A DNA stretch of 64,000 bases. Origin: Chthoniobacterales bacterium. Lineage in GTDB: Bacteria; Verrucomicrobiota; Verrucomicrobiia; Chthoniobacterales; Chthoniobacteraceae. Below, piece by piece: positions 40,497-49,093 of the stretch. Numbering within the stretch: position 1 is the first letter of the stretch; the number at the start of each line of letters is the position of its first letter. The stretch is from assembly GCA_038207335.1 (NCBI GenBank), contig JBBQZX010000009.1, positions 1 through 64,000 of the forward strand, read 5' to 3'. The position numbers were made by a program, and so were the translations under genes. The notes under the pieces are model-generated. The model was not told where the DNA came from. It did no database searches and saw nothing but the letters and a program-made list of their open reading frames with translations.

Positions 40497-41453
40497 TCAG
40501 GCGCGGGGATGGAATTTGTGATGCACCGCTTTGAGCCGCCGCTGATCGACATGCGTGTAAATCTGCGTAGTCGAAATGTCGGCGTGGCCGAGCAGTTCCT
40601 GAATGATGCGGAGGTCGGCACCGTTGCCGAGCAGATGGGTGGCGAATGAATGCCGGAGGAGATGTGGATAGACGTTGATATCGATGCCGGCGTTTTTCGC
40701 GCACGCCTTCACGATTTGCCAGATGCGGACGGTCGTGAGCTTTGTGCCGCGCGAGGAGAGGAAGACTTCGCTGCCCGTTTTTTTGCGGACGAAATCGGGG
40801 CGTTCGTTCGCGAGGTAGAGCGCGATCGCGGCGCACGCTTTTGCCCCGACGGGCACGAGCCGCGTCTTGTTGCCTTTGCCGGTGACGCGGATGATTCGCG
40901 AGTCGAGGTCGAGATTTTCGAGCCTCGCATTCACGAGTTCGGAGACGCGCAGACCGCTTGCATACAGGAGTTCGAGGATGGCGCGGTCACGCAGGGCACG
41001 CGGGACATTCTCCGGCACGCCGTCGAGGAGATGCTCGACTTGGAGTTCGTTCATCGTTTCCGGCAGGTATCGCTCGGTGCGCGGGAGCGGCAGCAGTTCC
41101 GCGGGATCGCGTTCGATCCGGCGACGCGCCTGGAGCCAGCGGAAGAAGATTTTGATCGCGACGACGATGAGCTTGATCGAGGCCGCCGCGAGGCCGCTGC
41201 GTTTTCGATGCGCGAGGTAGTCGGTGATTTGCGCGTGCGTGATTTCGCGGGGCGCGACGCTCGTTTCCGGCATCTCCGCGCCGCTGCTCGTGAGCTGCGC
41301 GACGGCTGCCTCGCCGAGCGCTTTCACGATTTGCTTTCGCTCGAGCCACGCGGTGAAGCCCTCGAGAGAGAGGCGCGTGGAGATTTGATAATTGTCCGAG
41401 AGCCCGCGCTCGGTCGCGAGGTAGAGGATGAAGTCGTCGATCGACTCGCGCAT
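40497..41453 (-). CDS. xerD: Site-specific tyrosine recombinase XerD-like
   Basis: MRESIDDFILYLATERGLS; SGLRVSEL, GKGNKTR, PHLLRHSFATHLL, LGHADISTTQIY; TGATG coupling to purC. Confidence 0.88.
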   Translation of the reverse strand: MRESIDDFILYLATERGLSDNYQISTRLSLEGFTAWLERKQIVKALGEAAVAQLTSSGAEMPETSVAPREITHAQITDYLAHRKRSGLAAASIKLIVVAIKIFFRWLQARRRIERDPAELLPLPRTERYLPETMNELQVEHLLDGVPENVPRALRDRAILELLYASGLRVSELVNARLENLDLDSRIIRVTGKGNKTRLVPVGAKACAAIALYLANERPDFVRKKTGSEVFLSSRGTKLTTVRIWQIVKACAKNAGIDINVYPHLLRHSFATHLLGNGADLRIIQELLGHADISTTQIYTHVDQRRLKAVHHKFHPRA

Positions 41454-42316
41454 CAGCGGGTGAGCCGGTCGAGCGCTTCGAGATACTTTTCGCTCGTCCT
41501 GCAGATGACCTCGTCGGGCAGCGGCGGCGCGGGCGGCGTCTTGTCCCAATCGAGTGTTTCGAGGTAGTCGCGGACGAATTGCTTGTCGTAGCTCGGCGGG
41601 CTGATGCCGAGCCGATGTTGATCCGCGGGCCAGAAGCGCGAGGAGTCGGGCGTGAGGCATTCGTCAATCAGGATCACGCGCCCATCGAGCAGTCCGAATT
41701 CAAACTTCGTGTCCGCCACGATGATCCCGCGCTCGGAGGCAAATGCGCGTCCTTCCTCATAAATCCGCAGGCTCAGCGCGCGGACTTGTGTCGCGACATC
41801 GTCCCCGATGAGACGGCGGCATTCGTCCCAGGCGATGTTCTGATCGTGCCCGCTCTCCGCTTTAGTTGAGGGCGTGAAAATGGTTTCCGGCAGCCGCTCC
41901 GCCTGCTGCAAACCCGCCGGAAGTGCGACGCCGCAGATGCTCTGCGATGCCTGATATTCCTTCCATCCAGAGCCCGCGAGGTAGCCGCGGACGACGCACT
42001 CGACGGGCAGCGGCTTCGCTTTTTTTACGATCATCGATCGTTGCGAAAGCTCTTCCCATCGGCCTTGGACGGCATCGGGGAGATTTGCGAGATCCGCGTC
42101 GAGGAAGTGATTCTCCACGAAATCGAAGCGCGAAAACCAGAAACGCGAGAGGCTGGTGAGCACCTCGCCTTTTCGCGGAATGCCATTGGGCAGGATGCAG
42201 TCGAAGGCCGAGATGCGGTCCGTCGCGACGAGCAGCAGGCGGTCGCCGAGGTCGAAAATCTCGCGCACTTTTCCACTCGCGATTTTTGTGATGCCGGGCA
42301 GGTCGAGGGTGAGCAT
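41453..42316 (-). CDS. purC: SAICAR synthetase
   Basis: SGKVRE, TDRISAFD, ECVVRGY, ADTKFEFG, TPDSSRFW, SYDKQ. Confidence 0.96.
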   Translation of the reverse strand: MLTLDLPGITKIASGKVREIFDLGDRLLLVATDRISAFDCILPNGIPRKGEVLTSLSRFWFSRFDFVENHFLDADLANLPDAVQGRWEELSQRSMIVKKAKPLPVECVVRGYLAGSGWKEYQASQSICGVALPAGLQQAERLPETIFTPSTKAESGHDQNIAWDECRRLIGDDVATQVRALSLRIYEEGRAFASERGIIVADTKFEFGLLDGRVILIDECLTPDSSRFWPADQHRLGISPPSYDKQFVRDYLETLDWDKTPPAPPLPDEVICRTSEKYLEALDRLTR

Positions 42317-42434
42317 TGGGGAAGTTGAAAGCTGGAAGTTGTGAGTTGAGAGAGGCGGATGCGGGACGTCGAGTTTTGAGCGGTTTCAGCCGTGCTCGCG
42401 GGGCGGTTGTCTTGGTAGGTTTGCCGCATACGTC

Positions 42435-43598
42435 ATGACCGAACCTTTCACTTTTAACGCTCCCGCTCGTCTCATCGACTTCATGCGGCAGGCCGATGAG
42501 CCGGGTCTCATCAATCTCGCCGCGGGCATCCCGGGGCTCGATGCGCTGCCGGCGGAAGCTCTGCGCGAAGCATTCGAACGGGCGCTCGCAGGCGGCGGCG
42601 CGGGGTTGTTTGCGTATCATCACCCGGATGGGGATCACGGCTTGCGCGAGTTGCTCGCGGAGCGGCTGCGCGCCCGCGGCGCGGATGTGAGCGGGCCGCG
42701 GCTATTCACGACGACGGGCTGCACGCAGGGGCTCTCAGTGATGCTCTCCGTGATCGTGAAGCCCGGCGATGTCGTGGCGGTCGAGGCTCCCGCCTATTAC
42801 GGGATGCTGGAAATCCTGAGCACTCTCGGCGCGCGAGCGCTGCCGCTGCCGCTCGCGGGCGGAGAAGGGATCGATCTGGAAATCGCCGCCGAGTTTATCG
42901 CGCGCTGGAAGCCGCGCTGCCTCGTGGTCTGCTCATCGCTCTCGAATCCATCGGGCGCAACCATCCCAGAGAGCCATCGGGAGCGCCTCGTGGAGCTGTG
43001 CCGCGGGCTAGGCGTGCGGATCTTGGAAGACGACATTTATGCGGAACTCGTCGATGGCGGTGCGCCGAAACCGATGCTCGCATTCGACGACGGCTCGACG
43101 GTTTCCTACGTGTCGAGTTTTTCAAAATCGATTTCGCCGGGGCTGCGCGTCGGCGTCTGCGCGCCGGGGTCGCTCTTCGATGAGGCGACGGCGCGGAAGT
43201 GCCAGCAGGACTTGCACAGCGCGGTGCCGACGGAGGTTGCGCTTCGCGAATTTCTCGCCAGCGGCGCGATGGAGCCGCACTTGAAACTGCTGCGCGCGAG
43301 GAACTCCCGGCGACGCGAAATCGCGCTCGCGACGCTCGCGAAGAGCTTCCCGCAAGGCACGCGCGTGACCTCCCCGGCGGGCGGCTACATGCTTTGGGCC
43401 GAGCTTCCGCACGCGGTCGATTTTGCGAAAGCGCGAGCCGCCGCTCGCGAGCAGCACGTCGCTTTCGCAGCGGGCGACGTGTTTTTCGCGGCGCGCCCTG
43501 CGACGAGCAGCGTGAGGCTGAACTGCGCGCGTGCCAGCGAGGAGGAATTAGTGCGCGGCCTCGAAATCCTCGGCCCGCTCCTCTCGCCCGACCGCTAA
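42435..43598 (+). CDS. PLP-dependent class I/II aminotransferase (MocR-like core, no HTH)
   Basis: SNPSG, EDDIY, SSFSKSISPGLRVG. Confidence 0.88.
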   Translation: MTEPFTFNAPARLIDFMRQADEPGLINLAAGIPGLDALPAEALREAFERALAGGGAGLFAYHHPDGDHGLRELLAERLRARGADVSGPRLFTTTGCTQGLSVMLSVIVKPGDVVAVEAPAYYGMLEILSTLGARALPLPLAGGEGIDLEIAAEFIARWKPRCLVVCSSLSNPSGATIPESHRERLVELCRGLGVRILEDDIYAELVDGGAPKPMLAFDDGSTVSYVSSFSKSISPGLRVGVCAPGSLFDEATARKCQQDLHSAVPTEVALREFLASGAMEPHLKLLRARNSRRREIALATLAKSFPQGTRVTSPAGGYMLWAELPHAVDFAKARAAAREQHVAFAAGDVFFAARPATSSVRLNCARASEEELVRGLEILGPLLSPDR

Positions 43599-43610
43599 GG
43601 AATCCGTGCC

Positions 43611-43725
43611 GGGTAGCGCACGCGCCCTCGCGTGTTGTCATCGGCGCCCTCGCCGATGATCCGCGCCTGCGAAGAGTGTCCGGCGAAGGCACCAGCCACC
43701 ACACGCGAGGGCGCGTGCGCTACCC
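43611..43725. repeat. GTAG-type REP doublet (REPIN-like)
   Basis: Perfect 25-bp IR gggtagcgcacgcgccctcgcgtgt/acacgcgagggcgcgtgcgctaccc with an internal hairpin atcggcg...cgccgat. Confidence 0.8.
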
Positions 43726-43751
43726 ATCGAGCCGTGCGCGCGCCCCTAAAC

Positions 43752-43787
43752 GAAAAACGCGCGTCCGTTGCCGGGCGCGCGTTCTTC
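43752..43787 (-). terminator. Intrinsic terminator between convergent genes
   Basis: aaaaa-cgcgcgtccg-ttgc-cgggcgcgcg-ttcttc stem-loop. Confidence 0.65.
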
Positions 43788-43808
43788 GGAATTCGAGATG
43801 GCTCGCGG

Positions 43809-44327
43809 CTACTGCTTCGCGAGGTTTTCGTAGGCTTCCAGCACGTCTTTCGCGTGCGTGTCTGTCGAGGCTTTCGGCATCGTCCAGACGACTTTCCCGT
43901 CCTTGATCAGAAACGACTGCCGCTTCGCGATCGCCCCGTTGTGCGCGACTCCAAACGCGTCGGCGACCTTGCTGTCGCTATCGGCGATGAGCGTGAAGGG
44001 CAGCTTGTATTTCTCCTGGAATTTCTTCTGCCCCTCCGGCTTGTCGCCGCTCACGCCGAGCACCTGGATTCCTTTGCCCGTCAGCGCCGACCAGTCATCG
44101 CGGATGCTGCAAGCCTGCTTCGTGCAGCCGGGTGTGTCGGCCTTCGGGTAGAAATAAACGAGCGTCGGCCCCTTGGCGTAAACGTCCTTGAAATCGACGG
44201 CCTTCCCGTCCTGATCGACCGCGCTGACCTGCGGCGCCGCAGCGCCTACGTCGAGCGATTCGGCCCGTGCAAAAAGCGCGAGACCGAGGAGGGAAAACAA
44301 TGTGGTGAGTGTGGTGGTGAGTTTCAT
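43809..44327 (-). CDS. bcp: Secreted peroxiredoxin, BCP/PrxQ family
   Basis: Signal peptide; YFYPKADTPGCTKQAC. Confidence 0.9.
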   Translation of the reverse strand: MKLTTTLTTLFSLLGLALFARAESLDVGAAAPQVSAVDQDGKAVDFKDVYAKGPTLVYFYPKADTPGCTKQACSIRDDWSALTGKGIQVLGVSGDKPEGQKKFQEKYKLPFTLIADSDSKVADAFGVAHNGAIAKRQSFLIKDGKVVWTMPKASTDTHAKDVLEAYENLAKQ

Positions 44328-44518
44328 GAGTGAGGAAAAACTCTAACGGCTCGAAGCACCGTAAGTCGCGCGGATTCTCGGATCGCCCCGCTCGCTGCAC
44401 CGAACCGGTTGATTCGACTGACTTCAAAAGAGTGGGAAGATTAGCTTGGCGGCACCTCCGTTGGGCCCCTGTCGGCTGATCGTTTGTTCGGGGCGGCTGG
44501 CGCGCCGGGTGCGCGCTA

Positions 44519-44645
44519 CAGCATACAACCCGCGGTAATGTAAAGCGGCGGGGCGCCGGGAGGCCTCCTTTGGAGAGCCGGTGCGGTGCGCGGAGAAGTG
44601 GCCGGCTGGTCCGCCGCCGCTTTGCATTACCGCTGTTGTATGCTG
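44519..44645. repeat. attC-like long imperfect palindrome
   Basis: cagcatacAAC-ccgcggtaatgtaaagcggcgg ... ccgccgctttgcattaccgct-GTTgtatgctg. Confidence 0.55.
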
Positions 44646-44945
44646 AGCGGAGCGCGGGCCTGGCGCGGCGGCTGCCTCCTTGCGCGTTTCGTGGGGGGAC
44701 GAACGCGAGCAGCCGCCGTGACAGGCCCGCGCGCAGCGGTTCGCGCAAGCTCCCGGCGTGACAGCCGCGCGGCGGGAACGGGGCGGGCGGGGGTTAGGGT
44801 CCGCTGCGCGGCCAGCAGGCACCGTGACGCGCGAGGGAGCGGCGCGGTTAAGCGGGGCCGCTCGCTCGCGTGGCGCGATGCCTGCACGGTTGGGGCACGC
44901 AACCCACCCGCGGCGGGACGCCGCCACACTTCAACGGCAAGGCGG

Positions 44946-45755
44946 TTAAGCGCGGCGTTTCGAAGCAATCGCGACGATGGCAAGCAAGGTGAGGATTCCC
45001 ACCACCCACGGCCACACCGGCGCTCCGCGCTCAACGGTCGGCGCGGGACTTTCAGCAACCTTTGGTGCCGACGGAGCAACCGGCATGGCAGTTGGAGTCG
45101 CCATCGGCCGTGCAAACGTAGTCGGGGGCGACTGATCTGGAATAGGACTCGGTGCCTTTGGCAGTTCGGGTTTGGACGCTTCGGCCTCGCGTTGCAACGT
45201 TGCCTGCCAAAACTCAGATTCGTCTGTCCCCATATCCGCAAGCCATGCATCCCGCTTCTTCCGCTCCAAAGTTAGACTCGCATTCGAAGAACGTCGGTGA
45301 ATGGAAAGCAATAACACCTCGTCAGCGACATGCCACCGCAGGACACGGGTAACACTTGTGGACGCATCTTCAAAGTTCGGGACATCTGATAATCTGGCGG
45401 AACCATGCTGCTCTTGGAGTTTGGCTGCCATCCCTTTAAACGCTTCCTCGGCAACAGCAGCTGGAAGTAATGGATCATCAGTCCAGTAGCTGAGAGCATT
45501 GAATTTACCTCCGTCTAACTTGGCACGCCCCGCAAAAGTCAGTCCGAACGCGGAGAGTTTCTTAAGTTTTTGCTCGGTCGCTTTTGAATCTAAAGCGACG
45601 GGCGCATCCAGGTATCGAGCTGCTTTTGCGTTTGTTGGACTGCCTAAGTTCTGCGCGACAATACCGAGGAGTTCCTCGTCGCTAGCCAGCGCGGGGCCAT
45701 ACGCTAGCAACCCGCAGATAAACAGCCCGCTGGTTCGTAGCAAACAAAGATTCAT
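44946..45755 (-). CDS. Exported, C-terminally membrane-anchored hypothetical protein (candidate immunity protein)
   Basis: Signal peptide, Pro-rich linker, terminal TM VWPWVVGILTLLAIVAIASKRRA; ATGA overlap with the amidase gene; visibly lower GC than backbone genes. Confidence 0.7.
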   Translation of the reverse strand: MNLCLLRTSGLFICGLLAYGPALASDEELLGIVAQNLGSPTNAKAARYLDAPVALDSKATEQKLKKLSAFGLTFAGRAKLDGGKFNALSYWTDDPLLPAAVAEEAFKGMAAKLQEQHGSARLSDVPNFEDASTSVTRVLRWHVADEVLLLSIHRRSSNASLTLERKKRDAWLADMGTDESEFWQATLQREAEASKPELPKAPSPIPDQSPPTTFARPMATPTAMPVAPSAPKVAESPAPTVERGAPVWPWVVGILTLLAIVAIASKRRA

Positions 45756-48700
45756 TGGGCGGGTTGTGCGCGAAGGTCATCAATGCTCGCATTCCCCAAT
45801 GCTTTAGCAGCTTCCTCACGCATCCTGTTAGCCGTGGCTGACAAGGTTGCATTTCCCTCGTTGAAAAGGAGATCAGCGTTTGTGTTAGACATCCATTCCA
45901 TCTCGATCAGCGCCGCTCTGCATGGTGTGTGGCCGGCGATGTTGCCGTTATAGTTAGGGGTTGCTGGGTCGGTGCTGTCGGAAAGAGTATCCAGTCCCTT
46001 TTGCAGATTAGCTTCATGCTGCTCCGAAGTAATCCCGTCAGTTGGAGCGTTGCGGCTCGCTTGCGGCTCAACAGCCGCGATTGCCGTCTGCACCCCTTGG
46101 CGTAGTCGAATCGCAAGAGCTTGATCTTCTGCAAGATTAAGGTTGCCAGTTGCGTCCCACATTCCAAATGGATGTCGCCTCAAGGGAACTCCATCTACGG
46201 AGTTGAAGTGGATGCTGACATAAACATCACAACCATTCTCCCTTGCCACTTTCGTCCGGTCAGGGAACGAGACGTTCGCCGTTCCGGTGCGTGTGAGAAA
46301 GACTTTGAGTTGAAGATGTTCAGTGTCTCGACGTCTCCGCAAGTCCGCTGCCATACGCTGCGCAACATCGAGGGCAAAGGCGTGCTCTTGGGCTCCGGTT
46401 GTTACTCCCGTGCCGCCGAGCGCATTCGATCCTCCAGCCGCACCAATTCCGTGACCGGGATCAATTACGATAACGCCAGGCACTTCCAAATCGATGAGTT
46501 CAAGCGGTGAAGTAGTTCCTTCGATCTGAATCTTGATGCGGGCTTTGTTCAGGCCTATTGGCGGAACATTCACTCGAATCGCAGTAAACCCGTCGGCATC
46601 AATGGTCGTTTCCCCTTGTTCTTGAGAGACCCGACGATAGCTGTGAGCAGTAAAAGTTGTTGATGCTTCAAACCGATCCCGGTGAGCTGCTACCGCGCGA
46701 TCCCAGCTACCCCGGAAGACCGGTGGAAGATTCAGACCATTCGGATCAAAGGACCGGGTAAAGAGAGGATCCATCGACCAAGTAACTTTCTTGTCCTTGA
46801 GGGCCGAACCGATCTTCACTTTCAATTCACGCCACGCGATTCGGATGGCAGCCGCGTCGTTTTGGTTGGCAGCGGGATCCCTCTCAACCATCGCATTGGA
46901 TTGAGGGTTTGGTTTCGGTTTCTCAGAGCCTGCAATCTCGTTGCCATCGTCATCCCTGAGCTTGGGCGCTAACTCGACTACTTCCACTGGGAGGAGGAGG
47001 GCGGGGTTGGAAAGCCAAGCAATGTTTTCTGGATCCGACACGGTGCCTTCGGGTGTCCAGAATGTGCCGACGCAATTTCCAGCAGAGTTTATTGCGTTTG
47101 GATAGATGGGAGTCGGCGGTTCGAGGGTCGGGTCTCGAGATTCCGGTAGCGGGAAGGCTTGGAGGGCGACATGGAAATATGGGTCGCTGGGAGTCCATTC
47201 GGCTATGCAATGTTGATTGAGAAGCCACTGCCCTTGGCCGGTGGCATCGGAACCATATACGTCGGCGTAAAAGATGATGCTCGTCCGGTGGGTGATCGGA
47301 TTCGGGTTCGTGATCATTACCGGGTTCGCGTTCTGAAACTGCGATCTCAGTTGTGGGGGAAAGTTATTCATGAAAACTCTCTCTCGTACGGAATCCGATA
47401 ACTCGGATGTTTGGATGAAGCCGAGATACCCCCATCCTTTGCGCGTATGCGATGGGTTGTCTGGGAGTGGGTCCGGAAAGTCCTCGGTCGGATTCTCCCA
47501 CTGGTAACTAATCCCATCATTGAGAAGTCCGATGACCTCCCTTCGGTCATTGATCGCAGTCGGAGTGCAGCGGCCGAGTGAAGTGTAGGTTCCGGCGAGG
47601 TTCCAAATGAGGTTGTCGGTCACCACGATGTTTCCAGTTACAATATCTCTGCCTGTGATGTTTATAATCTCCAAGCCATTCTCGCTTATCGCGACGAAGT
47701 TCGCGCCTTCTATTGCTGTGATCGGAGTGCCAACGAGAAATTGGCGAAATGGCGCTCTTACGAGACCTTCATAGTCATCAAATTCGCCGTGGATAGTCCC
47801 AGGATAGGCAAGCTCCCCCCCTTTCACTCCTGTGCCCGTCACTTTGTAAATGACGCAGCCCATCTCTGGCGTAGTGTCAGCCCATACTCCGTTCCGCAGG
47901 TCTGGTGGAGCTGGCGGATTGTCGTGTGGCAAAGGAATGAGGTATGCAGGTACTGGAACATCGTCAGGTATGCCTCGCTCGTAATTCCACTCGTAATCGC
48001 CTTCCTTTTTTTCCCAAGTATTGCATGAGCCAACAAGTTCTCCCCATGTGGAGACGGAATTGCCAATGTATAACTTTTCTTTAGATACGTCACCATCCCA
48101 AGTTGTTTCTTTCTTGAATTCTTTCACACTGGTGATCGCGCCATCTGCCCACGCACTCGCGATATATCTGTTTGACTGAAAAAATGCGGCTACCCACGCC
48201 ACATGAGTCTGTTCGTCGATCGCCAAAAACTCGTTCTGTCCAGGTTGAACCGGCTCGCCATTAAAGGTGAACTTGCTCAAATCGATCAGCGCATACGCTT
48301 TTACGGGGATGTCTTGACTCCGCAAGGGGTCAGTGGGGTATTGGTCGAGGTAGTCTGGGACGCCATCCCCGTCGCTATCTTGGGCGCTAGTCGGGATATT
48401 TGGATCGGTGCCGTTGGCGATTTCGTCGCCATCGCTGATGCCGTCGCCGTCGGTGTCGGAGTTGTGGGGGTCGGTGTGGATGCCTCCACCGTTGTCACCG
48501 CCGATTTCGTCGATGTCGCGGATGCCGTCACCGTCACTGTCGCGGTTGAAATCGAATGCGAAGAGGTTCTTGACTTGGCCGATGTTGACAAGGGTGAAGT
48601 CGTTGGTGCCTGGGGGGGTGAGATTCCACGGGTAGATGCTGCCGAGGCCAACCTCTGCGAGGCGGTCGTAAAAGGGCTTTGCAATGGTTTTGAGTTGAAA

Positions 48701-49075
48701 GAGAGTGACGGCTGCATACTCGTCGTGGGTGACGCCTGACGTGGGAGCCCATGCGGCGACGAGGTTTTCGATTGTTGAGCCGGCACCACCGGGGAGCCTG
48801 CTGAATTCCACGGCGGCTTGGGTGACGATTTGTTTGACTTGGCCGGTATTGGGGGCCGTAAAGTTGTCCACGCTCGGGTAGCTGCCGGGCCATTGGGGCG
48901 TGGAGTCGATGGAATTGGTGCGCTTGATCACGTCGCGAGTGAACCACCAATCGGGGTATTCGGGCGGTTTGTCGAGGGGTATGGGACCCGCGATGCTGAC
49001 GGTGGCGCTCCAGACGAGGAGGAGCAGCCAGGCGGTGACGCGGGTGGCCATGGGAGGGGAGGTGCGATGTTGCAT
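45752..49075 (-). CDS. Secreted modular protein: N-terminal triple-repeat domain, TSP3-like DxDxDG repeats, unknown middle, C-terminal N-acetylmuramoyl-L-alanine amidase (Amidase_3)
   Basis: Signal peptide; DSDGDGIRD, DTDGDGISD, DSDGDGVPD; amidase motifs VIVIDPGHG, QEHAFAL, FLTRT, YVSIHFNS, ALIEMEWMSN. Confidence 0.85.
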   Translation of the reverse strand: MQHRTSPPMATRVTAWLLLLVWSATVSIAGPIPLDKPPEYPDWWFTRDVIKRTNSIDSTPQWPGSYPSVDNFTAPNTGQVKQIVTQAAVEFSRLPGGAGSTIENLVAAWAPTSGVTHDEYAAVTLFQLKTIAKPFYDRLAEVGLGSIYPWNLTPPGTNDFTLVNIGQVKNLFAFDFNRDSDGDGIRDIDEIGGDNGGGIHTDPHNSDTDGDGISDGDEIANGTDPNIPTSAQDSDGDGVPDYLDQYPTDPLRSQDIPVKAYALIDLSKFTFNGEPVQPGQNEFLAIDEQTHVAWVAAFFQSNRYIASAWADGAITSVKEFKKETTWDGDVSKEKLYIGNSVSTWGELVGSCNTWEKKEGDYEWNYERGIPDDVPVPAYLIPLPHDNPPAPPDLRNGVWADTTPEMGCVIYKVTGTGVKGGELAYPGTIHGEFDDYEGLVRAPFRQFLVGTPITAIEGANFVAISENGLEIINITGRDIVTGNIVVTDNLIWNLAGTYTSLGRCTPTAINDRREVIGLLNDGISYQWENPTEDFPDPLPDNPSHTRKGWGYLGFIQTSELSDSVRERVFMNNFPPQLRSQFQNANPVMITNPNPITHRTSIIFYADVYGSDATGQGQWLLNQHCIAEWTPSDPYFHVALQAFPLPESRDPTLEPPTPIYPNAINSAGNCVGTFWTPEGTVSDPENIAWLSNPALLLPVEVVELAPKLRDDDGNEIAGSEKPKPNPQSNAMVERDPAANQNDAAAIRIAWRELKVKIGSALKDKKVTWSMDPLFTRSFDPNGLNLPPVFRGSWDRAVAAHRDRFEASTTFTAHSYRRVSQEQGETTIDADGFTAIRVNVPPIGLNKARIKIQIEGTTSPLELIDLEVPGVIVIDPGHGIGAAGGSNALGGTGVTTGAQEHAFALDVAQRMAADLRRRRDTEHLQLKVFLTRTGTANVSFPDRTKVARENGCDVYVSIHFNSVDGVPLRRHPFGMWDATGNLNLAEDQALAIRLRQGVQTAIAAVEPQASRNAPTDGITSEQHEANLQKGLDTLSDSTDPATPNYNGNIAGHTPCRAALIEMEWMSNTNADLLFNEGNATLSATANRMREEAAKALGNASIDDLRAQPAQ

Positions 49076-49093
49076 TGGGCGATGGCCTCGAGT

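Noticed and set aside
40497..41453. Tyrosine recombinase as the integrase of the tRNA islet or an integron IntI
   Set aside because: It lies outside the att repeats, is translationally coupled to purC, looks like housekeeping XerD and shows no IntI-specific insertion.
44095..45275. Several 160-230 aa Arg/Ala/Pro-rich ORFs over the hairpin region
   Set aside because: Low-complexity translations of GC-rich palindromic DNA with no protein motifs.
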